Positions 44,793 through 54,667 of a DNA stretch of 64,000 nt are shown in pieces. How positions within the stretch are numbered: the stretch's first letter is position 1; each line of letters begins with the position of its first letter. The stretch lies in assembly GCA_963778655.1 (NCBI GenBank), contig CAVZVA010000010.1, positions 608,001-672,000 on the forward strand, written 5' to 3'. Position numbers and translations under genes: made by a program. This DNA comes from an uncultured delta proteobacterium. Its GTDB lineage: Bacteria > Myxococcota_A > Polyangia > Polyangiales > JAFGIB01. The notes beneath the pieces were generated by a model. That model ran no database searches, was not told where the DNA came from, and saw only the letters and a list, made by a program, of their open reading frames with translations.

Positions 44793-45998
44793 TCAACTCG
44801 GAGGCTTCGGTGGAGGCAGCGGCGGCAGGTCCGTGCAGCCGAACACGACCGAAAGCTTTTCGTAGGTCCCCTGCCTAGCCAGGTCGCAGAACAGCCCCTG
44901 CAGCACGATCTGCGTGCCGGCTGAATCGATCGTCCAGCCGCCGCCGGCTCCGAGATCGCGAGCGACCGCTTGCTTAACGCCGGCCTGGGTCGCGACCAAC
45001 GTCACGTCGTCGGGGCTCGGAGGCGCCTGCGGCAGCGAGATCTGACACGAGTCGAAGCTGGTCGTGACCGACTCGCCCACGATCTTCGCGATCGCGCTCT
45101 GCAGCGCGCTCGGATCGTCGGGCGTGATGTAGCTGCCTGTGCCGCCGGACACGGCCAGGGCGTTGAGGCGGCTCTGCGCGGTACCGATTCCGGGCAGACC
45201 GAACACATGGGTCTGGATCCCCTTGGCCAGCCAGCTTGCGGCCAGCCGATTGACGTCGGCGTCGTTGGTGCCGCAGTTGGGATCACCGTCGGTGATCAGC
45301 ACCACAGCGGTGGTGCCGGTGAGCGTCGCGGATGCGAGCGCGGCGTCGGCCATCTGCATTGCGGCGCCCGTGGGCGTCAAGCCGCTCGGGCCGTGCGTCC
45401 CCATGTATGTGTTCCAGTCGTCGAGGAACTGAGCGCCCGGCTGGAAGTCGATTTGAGAGCCGCTGTCGATCGCAGTGACGCCGCACAGGCCGGGCTGCGG
45501 GAAGAAGATGGTCGCCGCGTTGATCTGGTCTTGAAGCGGGCCGATCGCCTGCGCCACGGCCTGACTGGCCACCGCCCACTTGGACTGGCCGGCGGTGCCC
45601 CAGGGCTCGTTCATGCTGAGCGACTCGTCGAAGATCACCAGCAGGTTGCCGGGCACGACGGTGGTTGCGATGGTGGGCTCGACCTCGACGCCGCCGCAGT
45701 TGGTGGGCTGGTCGGGGGCGGGCCCGGCATCGGGTGCGGGGCGGCCCGGCGCGGGCAGCGCGGGCGCGGTGGGGGCGCCGACGGTGTTGGCAAAAGGGTC
45801 GCTCGGAGCGGCAGCGCCGGCGGCGCCGCCGTAGGGCACGCCGACGCTGGGTCCGTCAGCACGGTTGGTCGCGCTCGGTGGGGAATCGGCAGCGCAGCCG
45901 AACCAGCCAGCCATAGCGGCTAAGAGTGCGATCCGGATCAGGAGACGAAGCGACGCGCGGTGCGTTGAAGGCCCACAAAAGCTGTACTTACACGGCAT
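44793..45998 (-). CDS. VWA domain lipoprotein (paralogue of the adjacent gene)
   Basis: WFGC lipobox-like, FDESLSM, TPT, LITDGDPNC, same C-terminus DLPPLPPPKPPS; start uncertain. Confidence 0.8.
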   Translation of the reverse strand: MPCKYSFCGPSTHRASLRLLIRIALLAAMAGWFGCAADSPPSATNRADGPSVGVPYGGAAGAAAPSDPFANTVGAPTAPALPAPGRPAPDAGPAPDQPTNCGGVEVEPTIATTVVPGNLLVIFDESLSMNEPWGTAGQSKWAVASQAVAQAIGPLQDQINAATIFFPQPGLCGVTAIDSGSQIDFQPGAQFLDDWNTYMGTHGPSGLTPTGAAMQMADAALASATLTGTTAVVLITDGDPNCGTNDADVNRLAASWLAKGIQTHVFGLPGIGTAQSRLNALAVSGGTGSYITPDDPSALQSAIAKIVGESVTTSFDSCQISLPQAPPSPDDVTLVATQAGVKQAVARDLGAGGGWTIDSAGTQIVLQGLFCDLARQGTYEKLSVVFGCTDLPPLPPPKPPS

Positions 45999-46130
45999 AG
46001 GTGTAGCTTGATGATCGGCCAAAACAGGGGAGGCCGCCACCACCCAGGACGACTTAGGTATCAGGTATGAGCAGTAACCCCGACTTTGCGCAGGGCCTGC
46101 TCACTTGGACGACACCAAAGCCGCGCCAAG

Positions 46131-46153
46131 CTGGGGCCGCGCTCCGGCCCCAG
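46131..46153 (-). terminator. GC-rich hairpin downstream of the tRNA
   Basis: CTGGGGCCG-N5-CGGCCCCAG 9-bp stem. Confidence 0.35.
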
Positions 46154-46231
46154 GCGCTGCGGGCGGGTATCCCCCCCTCCCGCGCGATTGGGCGCGTGTG
46201 CTGGGCTCGATCAGGACGATGGACGGGCGGG

Positions 46232-46304
<73 letters not shown>

Positions 46305-46444
46305 GCCGGCTTGGGCCCGCGGACTATACACGCTGCCAGCCAATGGGCAAAGACCAAGCGTCGCGCCCTTGCAGGAGCGCCGCCGGCGTGCGAAGCGAGC
46401 GAACGGTCGCGGCGCGACTCAACGCCCGACGACATGAGGAGCCG

Positions 46445-47608
46445 ATGGCATTTCGAGGAGTCGACTTCTACGCGCTCGACGAGGAGTTGAGCGAGGAAGA
46501 GCGCATGGTGCGGGGCAGCGTGCGCCGCATGGTGGACGAGGAGCTGATCCCGATCATCGCCGAGCACTACCGGCAGGGGAGCTTCCCGATGCACCTGATC
46601 CCGCGTTTCGCGGAGATGGGTCTGCTGGGGGCGAACCTGCAGGGTTACGGCTGCGCCGGCATGGGCCACACCGCCTACGGGCTGATCTGTCAGGAGCTCG
46701 AGCGCGGCGATTCCGGCATCCGTTCGTTCTGCTCGGTGCAAGGCTCATTGTGCATGTATCCGATCCACGCCTTCGGCACCGAGGCGCAGAAGCAAAAGTG
46801 GCTGCCGAAGATGGCGGCCGGCGAGGTGATCGGCTGCTTTGGTCTGACCGAGCCCGACTTCGGCAGCAACCCCAGCGGGATGCTCACGCGCGCCGACAAG
46901 ATCGACGGCGGCTATCGGCTGAGCGGACGCAAGCGCTGGATCACCAACGGCAACATCGCCCAGCTCGCGATCGTGTGGGCCAAGCTGGACGGCGTGATCC
47001 GCGGCTTCCTGGTGCCCACCGACACCAAGGGCTTTACGGCGCAAAAGATCGAGGACAAGTTCTCGCTGCGCGCGAGCGTCACCAGCGAGCTGATCCTGGA
47101 GGACGTCGAGGTGGGCGAGGACGCGATCCTCCCCGGCGTGCAGGGGCTCAAGGGCCCACTCTCGTGCTTGACGCAGGCGCGCAGCGGGATCGCCTTCGGG
47201 GTGATCGGCGCGGCCATGGCCTGCTACGAGTGCGCGCTCGACTACGCCAAGGAACGCGTGCAGTTCAGCCGGCCGATTGCGGGCTACCAGCTGGTGCAGC
47301 AGAAGCTGGTACACATGGTAACGGAGATAACCAAGGGCCAGCTGCTCGCGCTACGCCTGATGCGACTGAAGGAGCAGAAGAAGATGTCGCCGGTTCAGGT
47401 GTCGCTGGCCAAGCGCAACAACTGTTTCCACGCGCTCGAGATCGCGCGCATGGCGCGCGACATCCTGGGCGGCAACGGCATCATGTACGAGTACCCGATC
47501 AGCCGGCATCTGCTGAACCTCGAGACCGTCTATACCTACGAGGGCACCCACGACATCCACACGCTGATCATCGGGCAGCAGCTGACAGGCATCGCGGCCT
47601 TCGAGTGA
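46445..47608 (+). CDS. gcdH: Acyl-CoA dehydrogenase, glutaryl-CoA dehydrogenase type
   Basis: [53 protein letters not shown]. Confidence 0.85.
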   Translation: MAFRGVDFYALDEELSEEERMVRGSVRRMVDEELIPIIAEHYRQGSFPMHLIPRFAEMGLLGANLQGYGCAGMGHTAYGLICQELERGDSGIRSFCSVQGSLCMYPIHAFGTEAQKQKWLPKMAAGEVIGCFGLTEPDFGSNPSGMLTRADKIDGGYRLSGRKRWITNGNIAQLAIVWAKLDGVIRGFLVPTDTKGFTAQKIEDKFSLRASVTSELILEDVEVGEDAILPGVQGLKGPLSCLTQARSGIAFGVIGAAMACYECALDYAKERVQFSRPIAGYQLVQQKLVHMVTEITKGQLLALRLMRLKEQKKMSPVQVSLAKRNNCFHALEIARMARDILGGNGIMYEYPISRHLLNLETVYTYEGTHDIHTLIIGQQLTGIAAFE

Positions 47609-47632
47609 GCGCCGATCTCGAGCGAGTCTGGC

Positions 47633-47893
47633 TCACTCCTCGATCTTGTCCCACCACTGGCACCACCAGCTCTCGCCCACCAGGATGCGCAGCTTCATGT
47701 GCCAGCAGTAGCTGACCTTCTTGTCGACCTCGGAGTAGTAGTAACAGTTGCCGCAGCGCTCGTCGCCGTAGGGCTCACCACGCAGCACCGCGTCGTCGGC
47801 CAGGTGTCGCAGCTCGAGCGAAAGCTTCTCGTCGATCTCCTTGGGCTCGGGGCGAGGCATGTCGTCGGGCAGCTCGGGGAGCTTGGTGGTCAT
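47633..47893 (-). CDS. Small four-Cys protein resembling a high-potential iron-sulfur protein
   Basis: CGNCYYY...YCWH...WWCQWW; GGAGG RBS; no signal peptide. Confidence 0.5.
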   Translation of the reverse strand: MTTKLPELPDDMPRPEPKEIDEKLSLELRHLADDAVLRGEPYGDERCGNCYYYSEVDKKVSYCWHMKLRILVGESWWCQWWDKIEE

Positions 47894-48260
47894 CGCGGGC
47901 CTCCGTGGTCGCGGCGTGGAGTGCGTATCGCAAACTTGCACGCGATATCCGTCGCGGCAACCCCGTGCTCGGCGAGCGCCTCGCTAGCGGTGGGAGCGCG
48001 GCGGAGCCAGCGGCGGAGGCAGCCAGCTTTCGACCAGCGTGCGCTCGCCCTGCTGGAAGCGAATCGAGGGCCAGGCGCTCGGCTGGCGGCTGTTGCGAGG
48101 CGAGAGCTGGTCACCCGCCAGCGGGTTGTGCGGCGGGACCAGCGGACGGGGCCGTTGCACAGCGAAGGCACCGAGCTTGGAGTTGCGGGCAGTCATGGCG
48201 CTCGACCGAGTTAATGTGGCCCGGTGAGCAATCCGTTGCGCTGGACGCCGGCGCTCTACG

Positions 48261-48866
48261 TTGGGCACGCGTTTGTCACGTTTCGCCCACATTTTGGCGG
48301 CGTGTGGTTGGCCGCGAGCACGCGAGCGCGGGCGTTCAGTGGACGAGTGGAACCCCGGCGAGCTTGGTCGCGGGCGGCACCAGCAAGTAGCTCTCGCGGC
48401 GAGCGAGCTCGGTGCAGCCTTGTCCTACAACCCGCAGGGGAATTGTCGCTCGAGTCCCACGACGACCAGTGCGTGCAGGAAGTGCTACTTCGCGTCCGGC
48501 CGTCACGAGGCCAAGTGCGGCCGCGCCGGTAAGGACCCGAGCACAGATAACCTGCTCAGTTGCGACTCGCGGGCGGGCGCGTTTGCGGCTTCTGTCCTCG
48601 AAAGAATCCTCGAAATACATCGAGTATTCCTGTGGCTTTTGCTGCGGGCGCGATCGCGCTCCGCCGGCAAGCCGGCCGTGATCAGGTTGTTGCGCTTGGG
48701 CCCTGAGCGTACGCGGCCGCGCGTCAACGAGTGCGATTGCACGGCGGCGTTCGACGTGTGCGAAGACGGCCTGTGCGCGTGCGTGGGCTGCGGGACCCAC
48801 GCGGAGTGCCGCAGGGCGCTGGGCCCGCGCAGCGCGCCGGAGATCGGGACGGCGGTCTGCCGCTGA
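48261..48866 (+). pseudogene. Possible decayed Cys-rich exported-protein gene
   Basis: 3' part has normal GC3 codons and ECDC..VCEDGLCACVGC..EC..VCR; 5' part has irregular codon usage and no clear start. Confidence 0.25.
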
Positions 48867-48943
48867 GCACGGTCGGGACGCGGGCTGCAGGCGCCGCGAG
48901 CGGCGTGGCCGGCCAGCGGGAGTCGCGGCCGGTTGGGGCGGGC

Positions 48944-49621
48944 TCAGGTCGCGAGCGCGAGCAGGCCGCAGCACTCGGCTGCGCGCGCCAGCGCATCGTC
49001 GTCATCGTCGCAGCGCGGGAAGCGGAGCACGGGCATGCGGAGGCGCTGCTGCAAGATGCGGTGGTTGGTGCGGGTGCTGGGGTCGGCGCTCGAGTTGCCG
49101 TGATCGGTGAGCACGACCGCAGCGATGCGTAGCTCGCGGCTGTGCGCCGCCTCTACACAGGTCAGCACGCTGGAGAGAACGCCCAGCTGGTCAGGGGCCA
49201 CGATTAGCAGCGGTAGCCCGAGCAGGACGGCCAGGTCTGCGATGCTGCTGGACGGACCCAGCGGAACCAGCAGCCCGCCAGCGCCCTCAACCAAGAGGGG
49301 GTCGGCGCCGGCGCCGAGCTCGCGCACCCGGGCGGCAAGCATCGCGGGCTCGGGCGGGATGGCGCCGGCCTCAAGGCAGGCCGCATACGGGGCCAGCGGC
49401 AGCGCAGCGCGGAACAGACCGGGGGCGCGTGCCAGCTCCGGGCGGGCACAGGCGCGAGCCAAGGCGAGCGCATCGAGCGGGTCGGGTTCGGCGCCGGTTT
49501 CGAGCGGTTTGAGAGCGGCGGGGTGCTGGTGATGCGCTCGCGCTAGGCGCGCAAGTGCGCGTGTAATAAAGGTTTTTCCGGCGTTGGTGGCGGGCCCCGT
49601 GATGAAGAGCGAAGGTATCAT
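48944..49621 (-). CDS. bioD: Dethiobiotin synthase
   Basis: FITGPATNAGKT, LKPLETG, VEGAGGLLVP; ATGA overlap with bioF. Confidence 0.9.
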   Translation of the reverse strand: MIPSLFITGPATNAGKTFITRALARLARAHHQHPAALKPLETGAEPDPLDALALARACARPELARAPGLFRAALPLAPYAACLEAGAIPPEPAMLAARVRELGAGADPLLVEGAGGLLVPLGPSSSIADLAVLLGLPLLIVAPDQLGVLSSVLTCVEAAHSRELRIAAVVLTDHGNSSADPSTRTNHRILQQRLRMPVLRFPRCDDDDDALARAAECCGLLALAT

Positions 49622-50784
49622 AAGAGATTCCTTACGTCCTTGAAGGCGTGTAGGGACCGCTCGATTTGCTCGCGGGTATGGGTTGCGATGGCGGTGGCGC
49701 GAAGGCGGCTGGTGCCGGACGGCACGGTGGGTGGCCGGATGCCGTGGACGAAGACTCCACGCTCGAGCAGAGCGGCGGACAGCGCCATGGCGGTTTGCGC
49801 CGGACCGATCAGCACGGGGATGATCGGCGCCTGGTCGTCTCCCTGAGCGTCGTAGCCGAGCGCCTGCAGGCCCTTGCGGAGCGCGCGGGCATGGGCCAGG
49901 AGCGTGACCCGGCGGTCGTCGGCGGACTCGACCAGGTCGGCGGCCGCGATTGCGGTGGCAGCGAGCAGGGGTGGAGGTGCGGTCGAAAAGACGTAGCTGC
50001 GCGCACGGTTTTCGACGAGGGCGAGGGTTGGACGGCTGGAGGCGACGAACGCTCCGCTGCAACCGAACGCCTTGCCCAGGGTGCCGATCAGCAGGTCGGG
50101 AAGCACACCGGTGGCGCGGCAGAGCCCGGAGCCCGAGGGCCCCAGGACCCCGAGAGCGTGAGCCTCATCGACGAGCAGACCACTCTCGTAGCGTTGGGAA
50201 AGGCTGCGCAGCGCGGGGAGGGGGGCGAGATCCCCGTCCATGGAGAAGAGGCTTTCGGTGATAACCAGGGCGTTGCGGTGTTCTCGCCGGTGGCGCTCCA
50301 GCAGGAAGGCCAGGTGGTCGGGGTCGCGGTGGCGATAGATGTAGACCTGGGCGCGGCTTAGGCGTGCCCCGTCGATCAAGCTGGCGTGGTTGAGCGCGTC
50401 GCTGAATAGGGCGTCGCCGGAGCCGGCGATGGCCTGGATGGCGCCGAGGTTGGCGGCGTAGCCACTGGTGAAGAGCAGGGCGGCGGGAAGATCAACCAGC
50501 TGGGCGAGGCGCTGTTCGGCTTGCCTGTGGACAATGCTGGTTCCGGAGATGTGGCGGGAGGCCGCCGCACCGACGCCCAGGCGGCCCAAGGCCTCGGTGG
50601 CGGCGGCCACGATATGAGGGTGATCGGCGAGCCCGAGGTAATTGTTGGAGCAGAGACCCAGGACCGGTCGGCCATCAATCGAGATCTCCGGACCCTGTGG
50701 ACCCGAAAGGGCGCGCGGGTGGCGAAGAAGGCCTGCGCGCTCCAGATCATCAAGAGCTTGTTGGATGTGGGTATCGAAGGTCAC
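49618..50784 (-). CDS. bioF: 8-amino-7-oxononanoate synthase
   Basis: SNNYLGL, SGYAAN, NHASLIDG, SMDGD, DEAH, GTLGKA, IRPPTVP. Confidence 0.93.
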   Translation of the reverse strand: MTFDTHIQQALDDLERAGLLRHPRALSGPQGPEISIDGRPVLGLCSNNYLGLADHPHIVAAATEALGRLGVGAAASRHISGTSIVHRQAEQRLAQLVDLPAALLFTSGYAANLGAIQAIAGSGDALFSDALNHASLIDGARLSRAQVYIYRHRDPDHLAFLLERHRREHRNALVITESLFSMDGDLAPLPALRSLSQRYESGLLVDEAHALGVLGPSGSGLCRATGVLPDLLIGTLGKAFGCSGAFVASSRPTLALVENRARSYVFSTAPPPLLAATAIAAADLVESADDRRVTLLAHARALRKGLQALGYDAQGDDQAPIIPVLIGPAQTAMALSAALLERGVFVHGIRPPTVPSGTSRLRATAIATHTREQIERSLHAFKDVRNLL

Positions 50785-50804
50785 GCGGGTTGCTGCTGGG
50801 CTCT

Positions 50805-50820
50805 CGTTTCACGTGAAACG
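50805..50820. other. parS (ParB-binding) site 1
   Basis: Perfect palindrome CGTTTCACGTGAAACG; 14/16 identical to consensus TGTTTCACGTGAAACA. Confidence 0.85.
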
Positions 50821-50853
50821 CAAGCACTGCATGACAATACATGTCTGCCGTTG

Positions 50854-50869
50854 TGTTTCACGTGCAACA
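50854..50869. other. parS (ParB-binding) site 2
   Basis: TGTTTCACGTGCAACA, 15/16 identical to consensus. Confidence 0.8.
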
Positions 50870-50903
50870 GGCGGGCCTCCAAGTCGGTCGCGCCGCCCCT
50901 CTT

Positions 50904-51863
50904 CTAGAGCACGATGTCTTTGCGCACAGGGCCATCATAGGCTGCTTCGACGCTCTTCACCGCATCGTCGAGCCCCGCGGCCTCCGGCAGCACGATCTGC
51001 ACCTGCACAATCAGGTCCCCGACCGACGAACCGTGCCTGACACCTTTGCCCCGCAACCGCAATTTCGTCCCGCCCCGCACACCCTTCGGCACCTTCACAC
51101 TCACCGCTCCTTCCGGCGTCGGGACCTGCACTTTCGCCCCGTGATAGGCCTCACCCACGGTCACCGGCAGCTCTAGGCGCAGGTCATCACCTTCGCGGGT
51201 GAAGAAAGGGTGCTCCTTGACGTGGACGTGCAGCACCAGGTCGCCACCCTCGTGCCCCTGCCCCCGTAGCCGGATCTTCCCCCCATCCCGCACCCCAGGA
51301 GGAATCCGGACCTTGATCGTGCGCGCTGCTTCGCCCGGCATCTGCAGGCCGATTTCGCGCTCGCTGCCGCGCACCGCGTCGGCAAACTCCAGTGCCACCT
51401 CCGACACCACATCGCGGGGCCGCGCCCGCCCTCGGCCCCGCGCGTTCCTGCCGAAAACCGTCTCGCCACCCTGCTCCCCGAACAGATCTTCCACGGAGCC
51501 CACACGCCCCCGCCCGCCCCGCACTCCCATCTGGCTCAGCAGGTCCTCCAGGCTCACGAAACCAGAGAAACCGCCGACCCGCTCGCCGTCCCGGGCCCCC
51601 TGCTGGTATCGCCGATAGGCTTCGGGATTGAACCCCTCGCGCAGCCCAACTTCGCCAAACTCGTCATATAATTTTCTTTTTTCTGTCTTTCCTAGTATTT
51701 CGTTCGCATATCCGGCCTCCTTGAACCGCTCCTCCGCCGCTTTGTCCCCGGGATTCCGGTCGGGATGATACTTGCGCGCGAGCTCTCGATACGCCTTGCG
51801 AATCTCTTTCTCACTCGCGCCGCGCGCGACACCCAGGATCTCGTAAAGGTCCCGCTCAGCCAT
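50904..51863 (-). CDS. DnaJ class B / CbpA-like chaperone
   Basis: J domain with HPD, G/F-rich region, DnaJ C-terminal domain, no zinc finger. Confidence 0.9.
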   Translation of the reverse strand: MAERDLYEILGVARGASEKEIRKAYRELARKYHPDRNPGDKAAEERFKEAGYANEILGKTEKRKLYDEFGEVGLREGFNPEAYRRYQQGARDGERVGGFSGFVSLEDLLSQMGVRGGRGRVGSVEDLFGEQGGETVFGRNARGRGRARPRDVVSEVALEFADAVRGSEREIGLQMPGEAARTIKVRIPPGVRDGGKIRLRGQGHEGGDLVLHVHVKEHPFFTREGDDLRLELPVTVGEAYHGAKVQVPTPEGAVSVKVPKGVRGGTKLRLRGKGVRHGSSVGDLIVQVQIVLPEAAGLDDAVKSVEAAYDGPVRKDIVL

Positions 51864-52114
51864 GCTCGCTCCCGCGGTGCCGGTGCTAGGCCAGCCCGCA
51901 TCACTGCAAACGTAACCATTTTTTCTCCGCTGCCGAACCGTCCCCAGCTCCCGTTGCCCCTCAACCGCAATCGTCCCGCCTTCCGCGCCCCCGCCGCCTC
52001 TGCCTCACGCCCCACCACCAGCACGCTTGCTTGCCCGACCCGCGGCGCTTGAACCACGCCCGCGCCGCATGCTAGTCGGCGACTTCCCGCCCTTGAACCG
52101 CCAGCCGCCACGCA

Positions 52115-52942
52115 ATGGCTGACTCTCCACGGCCCCGGAACAACCTCGCGCTGCGACTGTTGACCGCCGGCGTCTGGGTGCCGTTCCTCATCTACCTGTT
52201 GTATTGGGCGCCGCTCTGGCTCTTTCCGGCTGTCGCCGGCACCGTGTGCGTGCTCGGCGCACGCGAGCTGTTCCTGATGGTCGCCCCCGACCATTTGCTG
52301 CTTCGCCTCTGGGGCGTGCTTGCCAGTTCCGGTGTGTTTGCCCTGATCGGCCTGGACCTGCCGCCGCGCGCCTACTCTCTGGGCATCGTCGCGCTCACCT
52401 CCGCCGGCATGCTGGCCGCGCTCGCACGGCCCGCGCCGCTCGAACAAGCCGCCGCCCGCATGGGCTGGGCGCTGGCCGGTCCCCTCTACCTGGGTTCCTT
52501 GTTCGGCGCGATCGTGCAGCTGTTTCGCCACCCACACGGCGGCTCCTGGGTCATGCTCGCCCTGCTGTGCGGATTCCTGAGCGACACCGGCGGATACTTC
52601 GTGGGACGCCGCTTCGGACGCCACCCCCTGGCCCCGCTGGTCTCGCCCAAGAAGACGGTCGAAGGCTCCCTCGGCGGGCTCGCCGCCGGCTTGGCCGGCG
52701 GCCTCACCGCCCACTTCTGGTTTCTGCCAGAGCTCGGCCTCCCGCACGCGGTCGGGCTGTCGCTGATCGCCACCGGGCTGGGCCAGGCCGGCGATCTCTG
52801 CGAATCCCTGGTCAAGCGCAGTGTGGGCGTGAAGGACAGCGGCACGCTGCTGCCCGGTCACGGCGGCATCCTCGACCGCAGCGACGCGATGCTGTTCAGC
52901 GCTGCCGCGGTGTGGGCGTACGTGGTGCTCATGTCGCACTGA
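52115..52942 (+). CDS. cdsA: Phosphatidate cytidylyltransferase
   Basis: SDTGGYFVG, SPKKTVEG, GDLCESLVKR, KDSG, PGHGGILDR. Confidence 0.93.
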   Translation: MADSPRPRNNLALRLLTAGVWVPFLIYLLYWAPLWLFPAVAGTVCVLGARELFLMVAPDHLLLRLWGVLASSGVFALIGLDLPPRAYSLGIVALTSAGMLAALARPAPLEQAAARMGWALAGPLYLGSLFGAIVQLFRHPHGGSWVMLALLCGFLSDTGGYFVGRRFGRHPLAPLVSPKKTVEGSLGGLAAGLAGGLTAHFWFLPELGLPHAVGLSLIATGLGQAGDLCESLVKRSVGVKDSGTLLPGHGGILDRSDAMLFSAAAVWAYVVLMSH

Positions 52943-53069
52943 TCGGCCGTCCACGCGCCGTTCCAGCGCGCAGACAGTCCCGCATGGGGTTGGTCTCCCC
53001 GGCCGTATTGCCGCAGAATTGGTCCGAGCCCTTCCTCCCGCTTCAACCCCGCGTATCCGAGGTGCTGTT

Positions 53070-54395
53070 TTGAGCGAGCCCAGCGCATTCAACGCCGACA
53101 GTGCTTCGCAAAGCACCCGTCCCTCTCGCTTCCCGCCCGAGCCGAGCTTGTTCTTGGTCGCCGTGCAGCAGCAGCTGGAGCGCTCCGCGCGCCTGGCTCG
53201 GCTGCCCGATCACGTCAGCGCAATCCTCGCGCAGCCCAAGAACGAGCTGATCGTGAATTTCCCGGTGCGCATGGACGACGGCGGCTTTCGCGTGTTCAAG
53301 GGCTACCGCATCCAGCACAACAACCTGCTCGGCCCCTACAAGGGCGGCCTGCGCTTCCACGAGGACACGCGTCTGGACGACCTCAAAGCGCTAGCCATGA
53401 ACATGACGTTCAAGTGCGCGCTGATGGACTTGCCTTTCGGCGGCGCCAAGGGCGGGGTGAAGTGCGACACGCACAAGCTCTCGTCCGATGAGCTGATGCG
53501 GGTGTCGCGCCGCTTCACCCACGCGCTCGGCGCAAACATCGGACCGGAGTACGACATCCCCGCGCCCGACGTCGGCACCGACTCTCAGGTCATGGTGTGG
53601 ATCATGGACACCTACATGAATTCCGCCGGCTACACCGAGCGCAGCGCCCAGCAGCGCGTGGTCACGGGCAAGACGCTCGAATGCGGCGGCAGCGTCGGCC
53701 GTGACAAGGCGACCGGCCAGGGCCTGGTGCACTGCTTGATCGAGTGGGCGCGCGACCACGATTGCGATCTGGAAGGCAAGAGCGCGCTAGTTCAGGGCTA
53801 CGGTAAGGTCGGCTCTCACGCCTCGATGATCCTCTCGCGCCTGGGCGTCTCGATCGTCGGCGTGGGCGATCACACCGGCTACCGCCTCAATCCCGAAGGC
53901 TTCAACGCCCACCGCCTCGCCGAGTACGTCAAGAAGCACGGCTCGCTCCAGGGCTACGAGGGTGGAGAGGCCTGCTCGCGTGCGGACTTCTTCGCCGCCA
54001 AGGCCGACTTCCTGATCCCGGCCGCGCTGCAGAGCCAAATCGGCGAGGGCGAGGCCAAGGTGATCAGCGCGCGCGTGATCCTGGAGGGCGCCAACGGTCC
54101 GGTGATGGCCGATGGGGAGGCCGTGCTGCGCGATCGCGGCATCGACATCGTCCCCGACATCCTGGCCAACGCCGGCGGGGTCACGGTCAGCTACTACGAA
54201 TGGGTGCAGAACGGCCGCCAGGAGAGTTGGGAGCTGGACGAGGTCGACGCTCGACTGGAGAAGGCGATGCGCCGCGCGTACCGTCGCGCCGTCGAGTTTG
54301 CGCGCGAGCACGAATGCTCGCTGCGCGATGCCGCCTACGGCCTGGCGTTGAACCGCCTCGCCGTGGTCTACAAGCAACGCCAGATCTTCCCTTGA
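53070..54395 (+). CDS. gdhA: Glu/Leu/Phe/Val dehydrogenase (probable glutamate dehydrogenase)
   Basis: [49 protein letters not shown] start after GAGGTG. Confidence 0.88.
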   Translation: MSEPSAFNADSASQSTRPSRFPPEPSLFLVAVQQQLERSARLARLPDHVSAILAQPKNELIVNFPVRMDDGGFRVFKGYRIQHNNLLGPYKGGLRFHEDTRLDDLKALAMNMTFKCALMDLPFGGAKGGVKCDTHKLSSDELMRVSRRFTHALGANIGPEYDIPAPDVGTDSQVMVWIMDTYMNSAGYTERSAQQRVVTGKTLECGGSVGRDKATGQGLVHCLIEWARDHDCDLEGKSALVQGYGKVGSHASMILSRLGVSIVGVGDHTGYRLNPEGFNAHRLAEYVKKHGSLQGYEGGEACSRADFFAAKADFLIPAALQSQIGEGEAKVISARVILEGANGPVMADGEAVLRDRGIDIVPDILANAGGVTVSYYEWVQNGRQESWELDEVDARLEKAMRRAYRRAVEFAREHECSLRDAAYGLALNRLAVVYKQRQIFP

Positions 54396-54667
54396 GCCCG
54401 GCGCTCGCGGCGGGCACCGCCACCTGAATCGCGCCCCGACCCCGGCGTCGAAGCGGCGTGGTCGCCGCTGGTCTCTGGCAGGGCCCGTCGGCGCGGGCAG
54501 GCGCGCTGCGCAGGGGCCGTCCCAGGCTCCTGCGCGGCTGGGTCAAGCGCCTCGAAGCCTCGCGCATTCGCCCTCTTGCGGAGCGCGGCAGCCGCCGCAC
54601 CCTGGTTGGGCGCAAACGCTTCGCGTTCCCGAATCGTGATCAGCCATGTAGTCTCGGCGCCGTGGAA

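Noticed and set aside
45993..46008. GG-N10-GC match on the + strand
   Set aside because: Overlaps the start of a minus-strand gene and points antisense into the tRNA; likely chance
50805..50869. BirA-type biotin operator as the explanation for the palindromes before bioF
   Set aside because: BirA operators are split dyads with a long spacer; these are compact 16-mers matching parS
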